Made by a program: the position numbers and the translations under genes. This document shows positions 31,013 through 46,645 of a DNA stretch of 64,000 nt, in pieces; within the stretch, counting starts at the first letter, position 1, and every line of letters starts with the position of its first letter. Source of the stretch: the human T2T-CHM13v2.0 reference genome, Homo sapiens; the NCBI RefSeq assembly GCF_009914755.1, contig NC_060934.1. One strand, written 5' to 3'. The notes below the pieces were generated by a model that saw only the letters and a list, made by a program, of their open reading frames with translations, was not told where the DNA came from and ran no database searches.

Positions 31013-31831
31013 GACTTTGACTTTACCTTGTACCGACTCCCTGTATTGCTTTGATTATATTCCTTCAGGAACTGAATACGAAGTTAATAGATATTCTGCT
31101 TATTTTACTTACATAAGTCTTATCTTTAGAGCTGAACCATTAGCCTAAGAAAAGAGAAATAGGAAAAAATCTACTTGTGTGGCCATACTATTGGCACACA
31201 GTGCTGAGCATAGAGGATGTCAGTCTCAGTGAATTCCTGCTGAAATCAGTTGCTGGCTCAAAGTAGGCAGAGGTGGAATACAAGGCCTGGAGCACTTGGA
31301 GGCCTGAGTGGATGGTGCTCTGCTTCTGGGTGTGGGGTAGAAGGTGGATTCCCAGGAAGAAGTTAACAGCTCCCCTGTTACAGAAGTCAGCACCTAGAGC
31401 CTAGATGAAGACAGACTTTTGTCCTGGCCAAGTACATACTTAAACTCCTCTAAGGCCTTGCTGCCATTTCCTGGAATCCTCTTGCACCTCCCAAATGGCT
31501 CACGGTTCCAGAGCGCATGTCTGAGGCAGAGTACAGAGAAATGATTACAAAGCAGCAGTGCAGCCGTAGCAGAAGCACCTGGGGTGTTAATTAGAGGCAT
31601 TAACTGTAGCATTCCTGAGAACCCATGAACTCTCTCCTCCCTTTGCCAAGCCGCAGAAACACCTTCTTTGGGATTTTCTCTCTGAAGTAGTAAGGAACAG
31701 CAGAGTGGGAAAGAGAAGCAGCTGAGCAGAAAAACCTTTGTCATGCCCCGACCCTGCAGCTTGTCCTTAGGCCCTGCCCTCCAGTCTTGGGCATTTCCCA
31801 TTGGGACAGGCAATGAGGGACAGGGTCATCA

Positions 31832-32290
<459 letters not shown>

Positions 32291-32793
32291 AGCAGTGGGG
32301 CCCTTGAGACAAGAAGACAAAAGAAGAGATAAAGGGGCTAAAGCCTATTAAAGAATGTTTGTGGCAGGGGTGAGTGAGAAAATAAAAAGAATGTTCATCA
32401 GTTCCTCCCAAGGCCCATGCCCACCCAGGTCAATTAGGGATTTCAAAACAGATGAAGGTCAAGTTGCAAGAGAAAGATAGAAGTGAAGATAGAAGGTCTG
32501 GGGAGGCTGGACATTGTACCAGGCAATCTGCACACTGGGCACTCCGGAAGGTCTTTGTATGGCGTTTGAAGGGGCCCTCGTACCTTCCTTCAGGGTGAGG
32601 TGGCAAATAGAGTGCAATGGAGATACCTGCTACCACCCAGGATGCCCAAACGGCCACTGGAAGATGTCCTTGGGCTGGCCCAGGATGCCCAAACGGCCAC
32701 TGGAATGAGAAGAGTGGGAAGGTACCTGGATACCTGATTGCATTACAGATGGGCACCCCAAGGTGACATCGTCCTTATCCAGTCTAGGAGGGG

Positions 32794-33222
32794 TGTATTA
32801 GGCCATTCTTGAATTGCTATAAAGAAATACTTCAGACTGGGTAAACCTCAGAAAAGAGGTTTAATTGGCTCATGGTTCTGCACGCTGTACAGGAAATAGT
32901 GCTGGCATCTGCTCCTGGGGAGGCCTGGGGAAACTTCCAATCATGGAGAAAGGTGAAGCAAGAACAAGCACTTCACATGGCAAAAGCAAAAGAGAGAGAG
33001 AGCGCAGGGTGTGGGGTGTGGGGATGCCACACACTTTTAAATGACCAGATCTCATGTGAAGTCAGACCCAGAGCTCACTTATCCCACCAAGGGGATGGCC
33101 CAAGCCACTCATGAGGGATCCGTCCCCATGATCCAAACACCTCCCACCAGTCCCCACCTCCAACACTGGGGATTACATTTCAACATGAGATTTGGGAAGG
33201 GGAAAATATCCTAACTATAACA
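32794..33222 (-). mobile_element. MST (MSTA/B) MaLR LTR
   Basis: tgtattaggccattc...aaagaggtttaattggctca...gggattacatttcaacatgagatttgg. Confidence 0.85.
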
Positions 33223-33416
33223 GGAAGAAAGTATTTGGGGTCTATATACTGTAGTACATCATCTGTAGCAGATCCCAGGCCCCACCTTCTCTGTCCACAT
33301 CTGCTCCCTTGTCCAGGGAGAGGAGCATCATCAGTTTAGGTGGCCTGGCACAAAAAGTCCTTAACATCTTCAAAGCTGTTTTGGGGGGAACAAAAACTGT
33401 CTTCCCTCTTCTCTGA

Positions 33417-33984
<568 letters not shown>

Positions 33985-34895
33985 TCTCCCTACGCCTTCT
34001 TAATACAGTGTTCTCCTCACTTTTCCAATTCCGTGGGGCCCCCTTCCTTTTCCCTCATAAGCCCAGATCATGCGGTGTCAGGGCTCCACTCACCCTCCCT
34101 GCACCACCCAGGGGGGGCTTGCCCTGCACCTGCTGGCCTCTCCTGTCGTGGCTTTAACCACCATATCAACAGCACCAGCCCAAAGCTGAGTCCTGGGTCC
34201 TTATTTCCAATTTACTCCTCAATAGCATTGTCCACATATTCTGCAGATACTTCAAACTCGACATGTCCAAAATTAAAATTATTCTCTTTCTTCCCTTGAA
34301 ACTTGATTTCCTTTGCTCTATTTACAAATATTCATTACTATTCTACTCTTTGACAAAGATTCAGCTCCTAATGAGGGGCAGTTTTGCATTTATTTCCCTT
34401 CCTCCTGTTAACAGTACCTAGGTTTTCATTCAGGCAAGACCCCTCTCCCCACAGCCCATATGCCACTAGAGAAGGTGGTGTCAGGCATGATCCTTGGTTT
34501 TCAGCACATCCCCTCCTCCTAGCCACCAAGTTGGGTTTAGGAATAGGCAGCACGTGGCCCAGTTTGAACTAGGGAGATGTGAAGAGATGCTGCCTGGGAA
34601 GGAACTGTCTCACACTTACAAACTCCTTGGACAGCTGCTTTCTCATCCTGAGTATAAATAAGGAAGCATGTAATTCTCAGAACATTCTGGCAGCCACCCT
34701 GTGATCATCAGGCAGCCAGTCTTAGGATGAGGCAAATACCTGGGAGCCTCAGAAGAAAAGGAGAAAGAACTAGATCTTTGGTATTATGACATTGTTAACT
34801 TCTGGATCAACCCTCACCTGAAGGTCACCTTATCACTGGGGTTGTCAATAAATTCCTTTTATATGTTAAGACTGTTGAAATGGGGTTTGCTATTG

Positions 34896-35239
34896 CAGGC
34901 ATACCTCATTTTATTGCACTTTGCAGACATTGAATTTTTCACAAATTGAAGGTTTGTGACAACTCTGCGTCAAGCAGGTCTATCGGCACCATTTTTCCAA
35001 CAGCATGTAGTCACTTTGTGTCTCTGTGTCAGTATTTTTTAGCAATAAAATATTTTTTAATTAAGGCATGTACATTTTTATATATCATACTATTGTGGAT
35101 TTAACAGACTATAGTATAGTGTAAACATACCTTTGTATGCACTGGGAAACCAAAAAATTCATGTGACTAGCTTTATTGCAATATTCACTTTATTGCGGTG
35201 ATCTGGAGCTGAACCTGCAATATATTCAAGGTATTCCTG
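34896..35239 (+). mobile_element. Tigger1 internal-deletion derivative
   Basis: Terminal inverted repeats caggcatacctc / aaggtattcctg; caaattgaaggtttgtg body. Confidence 0.8.
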
Positions 35240-35409
35240 TACTTGTAACCAAAACATCCTCAGTGATAGAACTAGTAGTAGATCCTCAATAAGTATTTTT
35301 TGAATTGAACCAACTTGTAAAAACGCATTAATTATACATTGTCCTTCAAGTGATCCAATGCCTTGATCCCATTAAACTACACACATCTCATTAAGAAGCA
35401 CTTCAGTGG

Positions 35410-36138
35410 CAGAGATTGTTTTATTTTTTATTTATTTTAGAGGTTTACAGTAATCATAGGCCTCATGGGGTGCCTCAGATCACACGATGGAGGCAGCTAG
35501 ACATGCTGCCTGCATGTGAGCCCAATTCTCTCTCCATTTCAATTTCCTTGTCTCTAAATCCAAGTGATAAAACTTGCACTTCCTTCTACCACCCCAGGGT
35601 CATGAAAAAGTTAGGAAACCAAACGTATTACATTTTATAAGGTTTGTTTTCCACTGCAAGAAGTGTGGATGCTATCTATATAAAGTGAGACTCCTCACAT
35701 TTGGAGGGGCAATTTCTCTCTTGGGAAACTTGTGAGAAGAGCTCTTAGGTTGGCTCCTTACACTGATGAAACCTCTAATGAGGTGTCAAAACCACAAACA
35801 AAACTATAACACATGATGGCCAAAACAAACTTATTAAATGCTGATAAAATCGTTAAGATGAGTAGGTTGAATTGGATCAGAGGTTTTTGACCATATTGTG
35901 CTAACACACTGGTGAGTCACAATCCCATGTGCCATATATGTTATAAGTACTTGCTCACTAATAATTGTCCAAATTTTTTATTTACTATAGGGAACATCTG
36001 TTGGTTTTGCCCACTCTGCTTCCATTCTCCCATTTTCTAGTAACGCCCCTCAGTCTTCCTTTGGGGAATACTCCCATAGCCCCTCTTAGTCCATGTGGTT
36101 CAAATGAGGCCGATGCCACCTCCATCCCCACTTCCATC
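35410..36138 (-). ncRNA. Candidate terminal exon of a minus-strand lncRNA (probably ADD3-AS1)
   Basis: Strong acceptor catcttctctttctttctctccag| at 36139-36140 and clustered minus-strand AATAAA at 35419-35436. Position fits my unverified recollection that ADD3-AS1 ends ~22 kb upstream of the XPNPEP1 start. Confidence 0.4.
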
Positions 36139-36580
36139 CTGGAGAGAAAGAAAGAGAAGATGTAGTCCTAGGCAGTCAGCATATCCCACTGCCCTGAAAA
36201 CAGTGGCTGATTCAAGGATAGGGGACAGTGATTCCAAGTCAGTCCAATGAGTCTTAATCCTAGAACTTAACACTGAAACTATTGGGAGAAGAAAGCTCTC
36301 TTTTCACAGAGGGTGCTAAGCTTTGGGGATACAAACCGAAGCCTGCCAACAGCCATTTATCACTCATGAAAAGACTCTGTCTGACAGTGTCGATAGAAAG
36401 AAAAGTAGAACCTAGAGATGAATAAATAGTCTAAGTTCTGACAAAACCATTTGATCCCCTGGATCTAGCCAGGACTAAAGCCTCTACTGCTGGATATTCT
36501 TTAATTTCACGAGTCAATAAATATCAACTCTTGCTTAAGTTGGTTTGGGTCAGGGTTTTGTTCCATGTGAGAATCCTGAG
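35990..36580. mobile_element. Old ERVL LTR (LTR16-like)
   Basis: tgttggttttgccc...cagtggctgattcaagga...ttgcttaag..ggtttgggtcagggtttt. Confidence 0.55.
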
Positions 36581-37890
36581 TTTGCATTTTTGAAAAATAA
36601 ATTAGAGTGAAATCAAGGTTACCCTTATAATAACCTCTCTCACTAACATTCTGGTATGCTTTCTTGAGTGAGTGAGAGTGGAGTGGAGAAGGAGCCAATG
36701 CCAGCGATGGCATTTTGCTTGCCGTTTAGGTGCCTCTTAAAGTGAGAGACCAAAAATCTGAGCCACCAAAGTAATGTGTCCTGCTCCTGCCCACGATTCA
36801 TCTGTGCATCTTCACAAGATAAAAGACTGAAACCTCTTTACTATTATTTCTGAAGTTCCTTCCAGCTCTATAGCTTCCAGAGTGTCTAAATGACTTTTAT
36901 CATCACAGTGCAGTTCTGTCTATGGCTTTTTGTATTTCCTAAAGCATTCCTGCCCAACCCACAGCAACATTTGCACTTAGACAACCCTAAGCAGTCAACA
37001 GCCCTTATAATACCACTTCACAGATGAAGAAACTGAACCTGAGAATGGTGAAGTGACTTGCTCAGCCACAGAGCATGGGAAACTCAAGTTTGCTTCCTAA
37101 CCAGCTCCCTTTCTTCCTCCTGCAAGGGCAAAATGAGATCATAAATAGGAAAGCACTCTGAAAAGAAGGAATCTCTATTGATGCCAGATGTATTATTATA
37201 AAGCCAAACCTAAGTATAGGGTGACCTTGTTATCACCCCCAGAGGTGGAGATGCTTACAGATCTGGCCGGTTTAATCTCTGGATACCCTGGGGAGAGTAT
37301 CTGGGGCTTTCTCCAGTAGGGTTAAGTTTTGCATGTTCCCGACATCACTTTCTCCAGAGGGGACCCATCAGAAAGAAAAGAGTGACATCCCCTCATTCCT
37401 TAAAAACATCACCCCCTCAATTTTGCACAACTCAGGCCAACCCAAACGTCAGAGGGTAATAGTGTTGATGTCAGGATTCAAAATTTATGGACAGTGTGGA
37501 CATATGCGATGGTTTGTTTGGGGAAATGGATTTGTCATGTGCAGGATATATGGCACCAGATAAAACATCCTGACAATATTACACGATTGGGGAGGAGGGG
37601 GTGCACAAGGATATTATTTTGAAAATACACTGTTATGACATTTTAAAAATTCCAGAGTGAATGCTGAGAAGATCCAGAGGTTAATGTGATGCTGGAACAT
37701 GCAGCTGTGCAGGACCATAAAGAGTCATCCATTTTGTATCACAAAGTACATTTTTCATCTTCTTCTCCCTCAAATCATGGAATTGGGGGCAGGGATATTG
37801 TAAGCAAATTTGATTTAAGTACATTTAAAGGAGACTAATACAAAAGTAATAATAAAGATTCATCTTTTTGAAATTTTGAAAATAATCCAA

Positions 37891-38180
37891 GCTGGGCGTG
37901 GTGGCTCACGCCTGTAATCCCAGTATTTTGGGAGGCTGAGGCGGGCGGATCACGAGGTCAGGAGATCAAGACCATCCTGGCTAACACGGTGAAACCCCGT
38001 CTCTATTAAAAATACAAAAAAAAAAAAAAAATTAGCCAGGCATGGTGGTGAGCGCCTGTAGTCCCAGCTACTCAGGAGGGTGAAGCAGGATAATGGCGTG
38101 AACCTGGGAGGAAGAGCTTGCGGTGAGCCATGACTGCGCCACTGCACTCCAGCCTGGATGACAGAGCGAGACTCCATCTC

Positions 38181-38211
<31 letters not shown>

Positions 38212-38212
38212 G
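37891..38212 (+). mobile_element. AluY
   Basis: Y diagnostics; long middle A-tract; (AAAAG)n tail. Confidence 0.88.
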
Positions 38213-39724
38213 AATCCAAATAATCTAAAAATAAAAATTTGTCCAAAATTGCAAGATTTTTGACCTGCAATCCCAGCAAACTATAAACTTTGCTTCTTCT
38301 CTTGCCAGCTGGCCAACATAAATGGCTGCCATCCTTTGCCAAGAGGACTCTTATATCATGAGATTTGTTTGTTTGTTTGTTTTCTACTCATCTGAGGTCT
38401 CATAAAGTGCAACCCTAACAAAATGCAGCTTCCTTATACTTAGATGCAGTAAAGTTTTTCAGAGGGCCTGTTATATATAGGCTTTCACATGTCTGCTATT
38501 TTAAACCTCACAATAGCTCTAACAGGTAGATAACGCCATCCTCATTTCACAGAGGAGGAAACGGAGGCTTAAAGGATTTGAGTAGCTTGCCCATGGTTAT
38601 GTAGTGAGGAAGTTGCAGAGCCAGAACTCACATTCAGGGCTTCTATCTCCTCTCCACCACAACCACTCAAGCCAAAAGAGATGAATTTGACTGCATTTGT
38701 GCATATAGTCATTGTTCTCCAGGCATGTGTCAGACACTGTGCTAGGCACTAGGTCAGTGAGGATGGGAAGATTCCAGAACCAAGATTTCATACGGGCAGG
38801 CAGTGCTATAAGGCCTAGGGTCAGAAGTTCCAGGTCAGTTCCAGCAGGTATCAGTATCTGGAGATATGCATGGCAGTGAGAGATGGACAGGGGTGGGGTG
38901 GGTCCCCTTCGCCTGGATGGTGTGTTGAACAGCACAAACAAAGCTAAGAGTGCTTCCCTTCTAGGTTAGGTTACCTTCACACCAGAAATTATGGAGATTC
39001 ATTGTAATGATAGAAATAGAAATAAGAAAGCTCAGCCAAGTTGGTAGGCCTCTCGTGTGAACCAAGCTAAACCACCAGACCGCACAGAAAGAAAAAAATC
39101 CACGGCCCAGCCTAGGGAGTTTGGGAGTCTTAGGGAGTTTTGCTCTTGGTTTGGGATCTGGAAGCTGGTAGTCAAATCAGCAGGTTATCTCATGGACTTT
39201 CAGGTCTGGTGCTGACTGGTCCCTGGCATCCTACCATTACCATGCCTCCGCTGTTTCCTTTCTCTCTCCTTCTACTTCAGCGGCTCCTGTTGCAACTGAC
39301 GAAGTCCTGATTCCATCCTTCTTCCCTCCCCATAGAGCAGCTTGTTCAGGACTTCTACGACTTCATGAATTGTATTTACTGTTTTTTTCTCTCTATGTAT
39401 CTTTTGGCTTTTTTCTTCCTACCAACTGATTCTCTCACTCTCTCTTACTGATTATTCTCTTACTCTCTGACTACTGAGGGAGAACCTCTGATTTGGTTCA
39501 CTTAAACACTATTTCCCTCTAGTGCAAAGGTCTTGCACCAGGCTACTTTTTAGACTATGGGCCAACCTATGCACTAGCTGACCTTGGGTCAAGTGCTCAC
39601 TCCTGATCCAATTAGCTATGACGTTGGGGATGGGGTAGGGGTGGGGTCCTATGGGACACAGCATGACCACCTACCTGTGCATAAAGAGCTTAAGGCCATT
39701 TCCTCAGCAAGGAACTGTAGGTGT

Positions 39725-39932
39725 AGGGTTGCCAGATAAAAAACAGGATACACAGTTAAATCTGAATTTCAGATAAACAGTGAATAATTTCCTAATAGAA
39801 GTATGTCCCATAGATGGCATGGGACATGCAAATATTATTTATTGCTAAGCTGAAATGTAAATTTGTTGCTAAGCTGAAATGTAAATTTAACAAGGTGTCC
39901 TGTATTCTTATTTGCTAAATCCAGCAACCCTA
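39725..39932. mobile_element. MER53 palindromic MITE with an internal 23-bp tandem duplication
   Basis: Termini tagggttgccagat...cagcaacccta; ttgctaagctgaaatgtaaattt occurs twice. Confidence 0.8.
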
Positions 39933-41519
39933 TATAAGGGGAATTATTAGAAGAACTTGTAGATATCCCTCGAAGGCTTGGCCAGTTCAAAAAAGAAAGG
40001 AGGTAGGAGAACCAAGGCCATGGATGCAGAGAAGGACATCCAAACTAGTCATCAAAATCAAGAGACAGGAAGCAGGTATAGGAAGCCACAGACAATAAAC
40101 CCATAGATCCAGAGAAGGAATCCATGGGTGTGAGAAGTAGGAGGAGGGTGGTCCCATGTACATGCCTGATGCACAAAACTGTTGTCCCCAGCAAGCTTGT
40201 AGGTGATCTCCATGGGCAACATGTGGGAGGGGGTTCTGGAAGACAGGCAGGCAGCAGGATTCTGCTCATGGGTTCATCCAGACAAGGGACATAACCTGTG
40301 CCTATCAATGGGAAGAGGGAGATGTTAACGACATTGTCCAATCTCCAGGACAACTTGGCTTACAAAACCATAGCACAGAGAATACAGAGCAGAAAATGTA
40401 AGCAAAAGTTCAATTGTTTCAATTAGGCAAAGGTAGCCATAGGCTGTAGTTCAGGAAGCAAGCAAGCCTCTGGGACATAAGCCATGCCATTGGGATACTG
40501 GGCTCAGATGAGCACAACTAAATTGAGGTCCTACTTCTGCAGGCTGGAGACTCCAACCAACCATCTGCCAAGATAAGGGTGGGCTCAGGAACCAAGGAAG
40601 GGTTCGATTTCCTAGCAAGTGAGGCAAAGGAAGGCTGGGCTTGGCAACTCACAGTGCTATAATTTTTTCAACTTTCACTTCCTGGGACGCTGGGGAGTCA
40701 AACCAGGCTGAACTTCCCAGAGTTGGGCCTGGACATGGAGCTGAGAGAAAGAAAGTCTGAGACCTGAATGAATGGGGAGCAGGAATCAGATTCAAAACAA
40801 AGTTTCAGCAAGGAAAATAAGGCAAGATCACAGGAGTAGTGAGGGAGACAAGGCCTAGAAAGATCCTCTCAGATAAATGTCCCTAGGGCACCTGCATCAA
40901 ATCTGTGGGCAGGCAGATAGGAGTGAAATGGTTTGGGCTTTGGTTTGGTTTTTGATCATGTTGCACCACAATCCACACTTTATATACTAGTTTACCTTTA
41001 CTAGGTAGGTTGCATGCTAATATTTCCTAATCTCTAATCTCTTTTATTTCATTTCTATGTTATTTAGAAATATGACTCACTACATTGATTTCATAGCCCA
41101 TTAATGGGTCATACCTCATAGTTTGAAAAACATCAGCTTAGATTATATTCGATATACCTTTGGACTATTCATTTTTTTAATCACTGGCCCTTGGTAATGC
41201 CGTGTTTTGAAATGTCTGCCTTTCTCATACAACCCCTTCTCTGAGAACAGTTTCCCATTTCCCCCAGATGGGCTCTCCAAAGGCATTGAGGCTCTGGACA
41301 TATGTGCCTACAACATGATGTTTCCAATCTGAGCATATCTGATTGGAGAAGAGAGGACAACTGGCCCAAAATGGACCACCAAATGTTTTCCTCCAGAAAT
41401 TTGGAATTTGGCCATTGAGATTAATAGTTAGTTGGATGGTGGGTGGTCCTTGAGACAGGACTATACAACATATGGTTGTACAGGTTGTGGACTACACAAC
41501 TATAGAAATTACCAGTGAC

Positions 41520-41847
<328 letters not shown>

Positions 41848-43055
41848 CTATAGGTAAAAGGTGCTCCCTAGGGTGGCTTAGTGTACAACCTATACAACTG
41901 TACATGACAACCCCGCTGGAGTTGAAAGTTAATTTAGTTCCAGGGCTAAAATGACTGCATTCTATCAAGTACATATGAAACAAGGTTAAAAAAAAAAAAA
42001 AGCTTTTATGATATTACCAGCTAGAACCTAAATTTATTTTAGGGAAAGAATTATCTTTGTATATGAAAGTACCATGATAAGCTGCTCAGGAAATCCTTCA
42101 ATAACAAACATAAGTTGATGCCAAGACATCAGAGAAGGACAAAAGACATTCCACTGGAAATAAAGAAGAAATCTTCTCAGTTTTTCTCCTAAAATGTAGA
42201 GAAAGAGTTGAGCAATCCTATATTAGGAGGAAGCTGGTAGACCTGCCTGGAATGCCAATCTATAAGCAGTAGTGAAACCTCATTAGGATAATTTAAATGT
42301 CACCAAAAATGCAAAGAAAATTGGAAAATTTAGGCTAACAAAACTCAGAAAGAGAAGGGTACATTTTTAATGAACACTTTGATAAGCCATATGGGGTTGG
42401 GGTGAGTCCCCAGGGACATGATTGCATAAAGACAGATAGTTGTTTAAAACAAACAAACAAACAAACAAAACTCTAAAAAGGGTGGGTTGAGCAAAATCCA
42501 TTTATTCTATTTTATTCTATGCATTTCTTCTATTTTAGTAAGTTGTGCATATTGGGGCCAGAGCTGAATTGCTCAGGATGACAGAGGCTGAGTGTGGTCC
42601 TTCTACTTTGCTTTGTACCCCAGGCAGGATTCTGCCTCTCCTCCAAGTAGCAATTTGAAAAAGCATCCAATTGTTAGATTTCCCAATGTACCAACTTGTT
42701 AGTCTTCCCAGAATATCCAAGGGCTTTTGATGGCTCTTGGTACAAGTAAAGGGGAAAATGACAAATAGAGGGAGAGAGAAGAATGAAAACTAAGGAGACA
42801 AGTTGGGGCCAGGTGAAGTGAAGGGCCAGGGATACTCACCAGTGGTAGGTGACTTCAGGGTGGTGACACGTCTGTTTCATTTGAGGTTTGCACCCCTGTG
42901 AGTGTAAGCCCTTCCTCTACTTATTCCTCACCAATTTCTCACTACAATCTCTTACTCTCATAAATAATTTGTGTGAGTGTGAAGTACATATGTATGCATG
43001 TGTAACTCAAAGGAAAAAAAAAAAAAGGAAAAAGGGTGGAACAGAACAGAGACCA

Positions 43056-43250
43056 GCCAGGTACGGTGGCTCACACCTGTAATCCCAGCATTTTCAGAGG
43101 CCAAGACAGGAGGATTGCTTGAGCCCAGGAGTTCCAGGCTGCAGTGAGCTGTGATTGTGCCACTGCACTCCAGCCCAGGCAGTAAAGAAAGACTCTATCT
43201 CTAAAAAAAGAAGAAGGAAAAAAAAAAGAGAGAGAGAGAGAGACAGAGAG
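43056..43250 (+). mobile_element. FRAM/FLAM-like Alu monomer with a GA-rich tail
   Basis: Single-arm Alu; flanked by agagacca. Confidence 0.75.
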
Positions 43251-43509
43251 AGACCATTTGAGCTGAAGACTTCAAAAGGGAAAGGAATCTTTAAAAACAG
43301 AAAACAGAAGCTCCATTGGGAATTCAGAAATATCTTGGGAAAGCTTTAGATACCCATATGATAAGGTGATCATTCCAATTTCACCTAGACCTTATGGGAA
43401 AGGGAAGCTCCAGCTAACAACTGAGTTACATGCAGAATTGAAACGAAAGCCAGCCTACAGAGAGAGAACATGTTTAGCACACACAGAGAAAAAGAGATCA
43501 TGTTGCTTC

Positions 43510-44480
43510 TTATATTAATTAAATAAACTAAGCTGTGGTAACGAGCATACAAAATCTTATAATTGCTCAAAAACAATAGGAGTTTATTTTTCACTCACCC
43601 AGTATCCAACTGAAGACAGCTCTCCCAGCTGAAGACAGCTCCCCTCCATGTGATGATTCAGAAACCCAGGCTCCTTCCGACTCCTGGCTGCACTGTTCCT
43701 TAGGGTCTTGGGCCTCATGATTATCTGTATTCAACTAGCAGGAAGGGAATGAGAGCCAGGAGAGGACACACTGGCTTCTTGGCCTGGAAACAACCCACAT
43801 CACTTCCACTCACATTCTGTTGGCTAGAACTCAATCATGTAGCCACACCTAACTGCTTGTACAGCCAGGAACGTGTGGTCTAGCTGTGTTCAGGATGAAA
43901 AGGAAATGGATTTTTAGTAAACAGCTATCAGTCTATCACAGTCCACCCTCCTGTATGCCAACTGTCCATTTGCATCCTTCTTCCCTCATGGAGACTACAC
44001 CCATGCCCTCCTCAGGAAAGAAAACCCAAAGTCCCATTCAGCCACTACATCCACCTCAAAGTCCAGGATGCTTGAGGACACAATGTCTTCTTAATCAGGT
44101 CTATATGCGGTTCCTCCTGGTCCAGCAATTGATGAACTCAAAGACCAGTTACCTGTCCCTCTAACACATGTCCACTATACTGTGGTGGACCCAAGACCTG
44201 ATATCTGCAAAAAGACTCCCATTCAGAAAAAAAAGAAAAATGAGAAGAACACAGTACTTACTTAATAGCATGATGGAATTCTGCTGGGCCAACAGTGTAA
44301 AGACCCTCTGCCTGGCAGGGGAGATAAATTCCTTACCTAGTCCTTAATCTGCTCTCTGGGAAGAATTTTTTGTCTATTTTTGTTTAGGGCCCCTTACTCT
44401 ACCCTGTTGGGTATCCTTCCATGTCCATTATTTTTTTTAGCCACTTCTGGAGTGTCCTCCTTGAAGACTGTACCCCCTTT
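43510..44480. mobile_element. Old MLT1 LTR plus MaLR internal fragment
   Basis: cacttccactcacattctgttggctagaactc ... ctcccattcagaaaa motifs. Confidence 0.55.
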
Positions 44481-44487
44481 ATACAGC

Positions 44488-45184
<697 letters not shown>

Positions 45185-46419
45185 AGCTCACTTTCTGCTC
45201 ATACAAATTTAGGACGGAAGGGTAAGGCTTAACCAATCAAAGATTATTTCATCCAAGCTTGTGATTTTTTTTTGTAATACAATTCCCTCAAAAATAGAAA
45301 GTTTCTCGTTTATTTGTTTCCAGTAAATTCCAAGTGCCAATAACCACACCCAGAGTTCTTTCCTAGACCTAGTTCTGAAGCCCAAATTATTTTCTTCCTT
45401 GTCTCCAAAGATTTCTCTCAATTTAATGGCAGCCACCTTGAGACCATCTGAACAATAGGTCTGGGTGGAAAGGAGCCCTTTGCTGCAGAGTCGAGTTGCT
45501 ATATTTAACTGAGATTTCTTAATGGGCTTTTCTCCTTTCAAAGTTTTTTTCTTTTTTTAGAGGAGGGCAATTGGGTTTGTGTTTTTGGTTTTGGTTTTTT
45601 TTTTTTGGTCTTTGTTTTTTTGTTTTCTGATTCAGTCTATTTCCAGTTGGGTGTCCAGAATCAATAGGTTTTTCCAAATTTGGGGATTGTTTATTCTCTT
45701 TTGTTTCTGCTTATAAACTGGCCAATTATTGCCAGGGAATGTATTTTTCTAGTAATAAAGTGCAATAAGCAGCAAATAACTCAACTGTAACACACAACAA
45801 TGTTCTATCTCTTTATAATGGCTTTCCCTAGAGTTACAGGGACAGCAGATATTTGCTTGGCCTTCCAAATAGTTTTAAGAACTATTTTGCCACGGCATAA
45901 CACAGGTCACCATTTCTTCAGCCTATTCTGTTTTCTTGCTTCCCATGGCACAACTACTGAGTGCTACATATTATGATTATTTCATACATTAGCACTCTTT
46001 CTGACACTGACTTCTTTACTACTTAAGGTAAGTAAACTGCTGTTGAAAATAAATCAAAAATGTATAATGACTCAAACACAATAGAAATTTATTTCCTTCC
46101 CACGTAACAGTCTGAGGCAGTTGTTCCTGGTCATTAAGTGGGTCCACTTCACACAGTGATTCAGGAATCAGACTGCCTTACCCTGTGGCTCTGCCACTCC
46201 TAAAACTTCTTCATCATCTGCATTCAGCTGCAGAAGGTAAAGAATGTGAAGGGGCATACCTGTTTATTACAAGTTTTGACCTAGAAAGGGTCCACATAAC
46301 TTCCACCTAGGTTCTTTTAGCAAGAACTCAGTCATATGGCCATATCCAATTACAAGAGAAGCCAGAAGGTACATCCCCCGCTGAACAGCCATTTTCCAAC
46401 AACAACTCTATGTAGTTAA

Positions 46420-46645
46420 CAGGGGTAGGCAAGCTATAGCTGGCTGGCTGAATCCAGCCCAGTGTCTGTTTTTGTAAATAAAGTTTTATTGAAACACAGC
46501 CATGCTCATTCATTTATGTATTATCTATGGCTGTTTTCACACTATAATAGCAGAGCTGAGTAGCTGCAACAGAAACCACACAGTCCACAAATCCTAAAAT
46601 CTTTTTTCTCTGGCACCTTGACGGAAAAAATGTGTTGACCCTTGC
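46420..46645. mobile_element. MER58A DNA transposon
   Basis: caggggtaggcaa...gtttttgtaaataaagttttattgaaacacagccatgc...gacccttg. Confidence 0.8.

Noticed and set aside
32636-32705. Repeat-spacer-repeat resembling a CRISPR unit
   Set aside because: Only two copies, a 16-bp spacer, a mammalian genome and no cas genes.
42060-42420. A-rich stretch with a ~40-codon open frame, checked as a second retrocopy
   Set aside because: No protein family recognised in the frames I translated.
42840-42895. Minus-strand donor CTG|gtgagt with a possible 56-nt exon
   Set aside because: The upstream acceptor lacks a polypyrimidine tract.
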